A DNA stretch of 16,216 bases, taken from positions 1-16,216 of the forward strand of contig CAWVRN010000046.1 of the NCBI GenBank assembly GCA_963932905.1, in the 5' to 3' direction. Source of the DNA: an uncultured Bdellovibrio sp. (GTDB lineage Bacteria; Bdellovibrionota; Bdellovibrionia; Bdellovibrionales; Bdellovibrionaceae). The notes below the pieces were generated by a model. It was not told the DNA's origin and searched no databases. It worked only from the letters and a program-made list of their open reading frames with translations. Of the stretch, positions 15,904 through 16,216 are shown piece after piece. Both the position numbers and the translations under genes were made by a program. Each line of letters opens with the position of its first letter. Within the stretch, counting starts at the first letter, position 1.

Positions 15904-16216
15904 TTACAAAAATCCCGAACTCCAAGGATCTTTGCCCTTCACCTCAGTAATCTTCGCTTTGATTTTGCGCTGCTTTTCTTGCTCGATCGCTAGCTCCCGT
16001 TTTTTCTCTTTTTCATAAACGCTCAACGATCTCTTTACTGCGGGCTTCATCACGCTCGCGGCGCTCCGCTACTTCCTCAAGCGCCTTGATTTTAGCTATC
16101 TCCTGCTTTTTTGCCTCATCCTTAGCAATTTCATAAAACAAGTAAAACATCCCGGGCACGATAACTAGCAGACTCACCAAGAAACACCACTGCCAAGTCT
16201 GGTAGTTAAGCTCAAA
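15904..16216 (-). pseudogene. 3' part of a membrane-anchored coiled-coil protein, frameshifted at about 16017-16019
   Basis: From the right edge the frame reads FELNYQTWQWCFLVSLLVIVPGMFYLFYEIAKDEAKKQEIAKIKALEEVAERRERDEARSKEIVERL* (stop 16013-16015). Shifting by one base continues the same E/K/R-rich helix, YEKEKKRELAIEQEKQRKIKAKITEVKGKDPWSSGFL* (stop 15904-15906). Confidence 0.65.

Noticed and set aside
15766..15993. 75-aa plus-strand ORF
   Set aside because: Largely the antisense of the Lys/Glu-rich coiled-coil gene tail.

Overview
Bacterial, Gram-negative (diderm) chromosomal window; the gene style suggests Bdellovibrionota, but that assignment is an inference. It is a compositionally mosaic stress and envelope region. 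From left to right: (1) a minus-strand block of a DUF6629-like membrane protein, a GT87 (GT-C) glycosyltransferase and a degenerate alpha/beta hydrolase that runs off the left edge. (2) A divergent marR-emrA-emrB-tolC-usp efflux operon; the two units share a perfect 19-bp inverted-repeat operator/promoter. (3) An organic-peroxide module: ohrR, a perfect OhrR box, ohr broken by a +1 frameshift, and a Cys-type glutathione peroxidase. (4) A coupled three-gene envelope module: outer-membrane beta-barrel, metallophosphoesterase lipoprotein and small beta-barrel with an apparent ATC start. (5) A divergent LpxR-like lipid A deacylase. (6) A debris-rich spacer. (7) fadD. (8) A MITE-like end and a frameshifted TM/coiled-coil gene at the right edge. 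No rRNA, tRNA or CRISPR array was seen. The best candidates for undescribed biology are the barrel/phosphoesterase/barrel module and the MarR-linked pairing of efflux with a GT87/DUF6629 unit.
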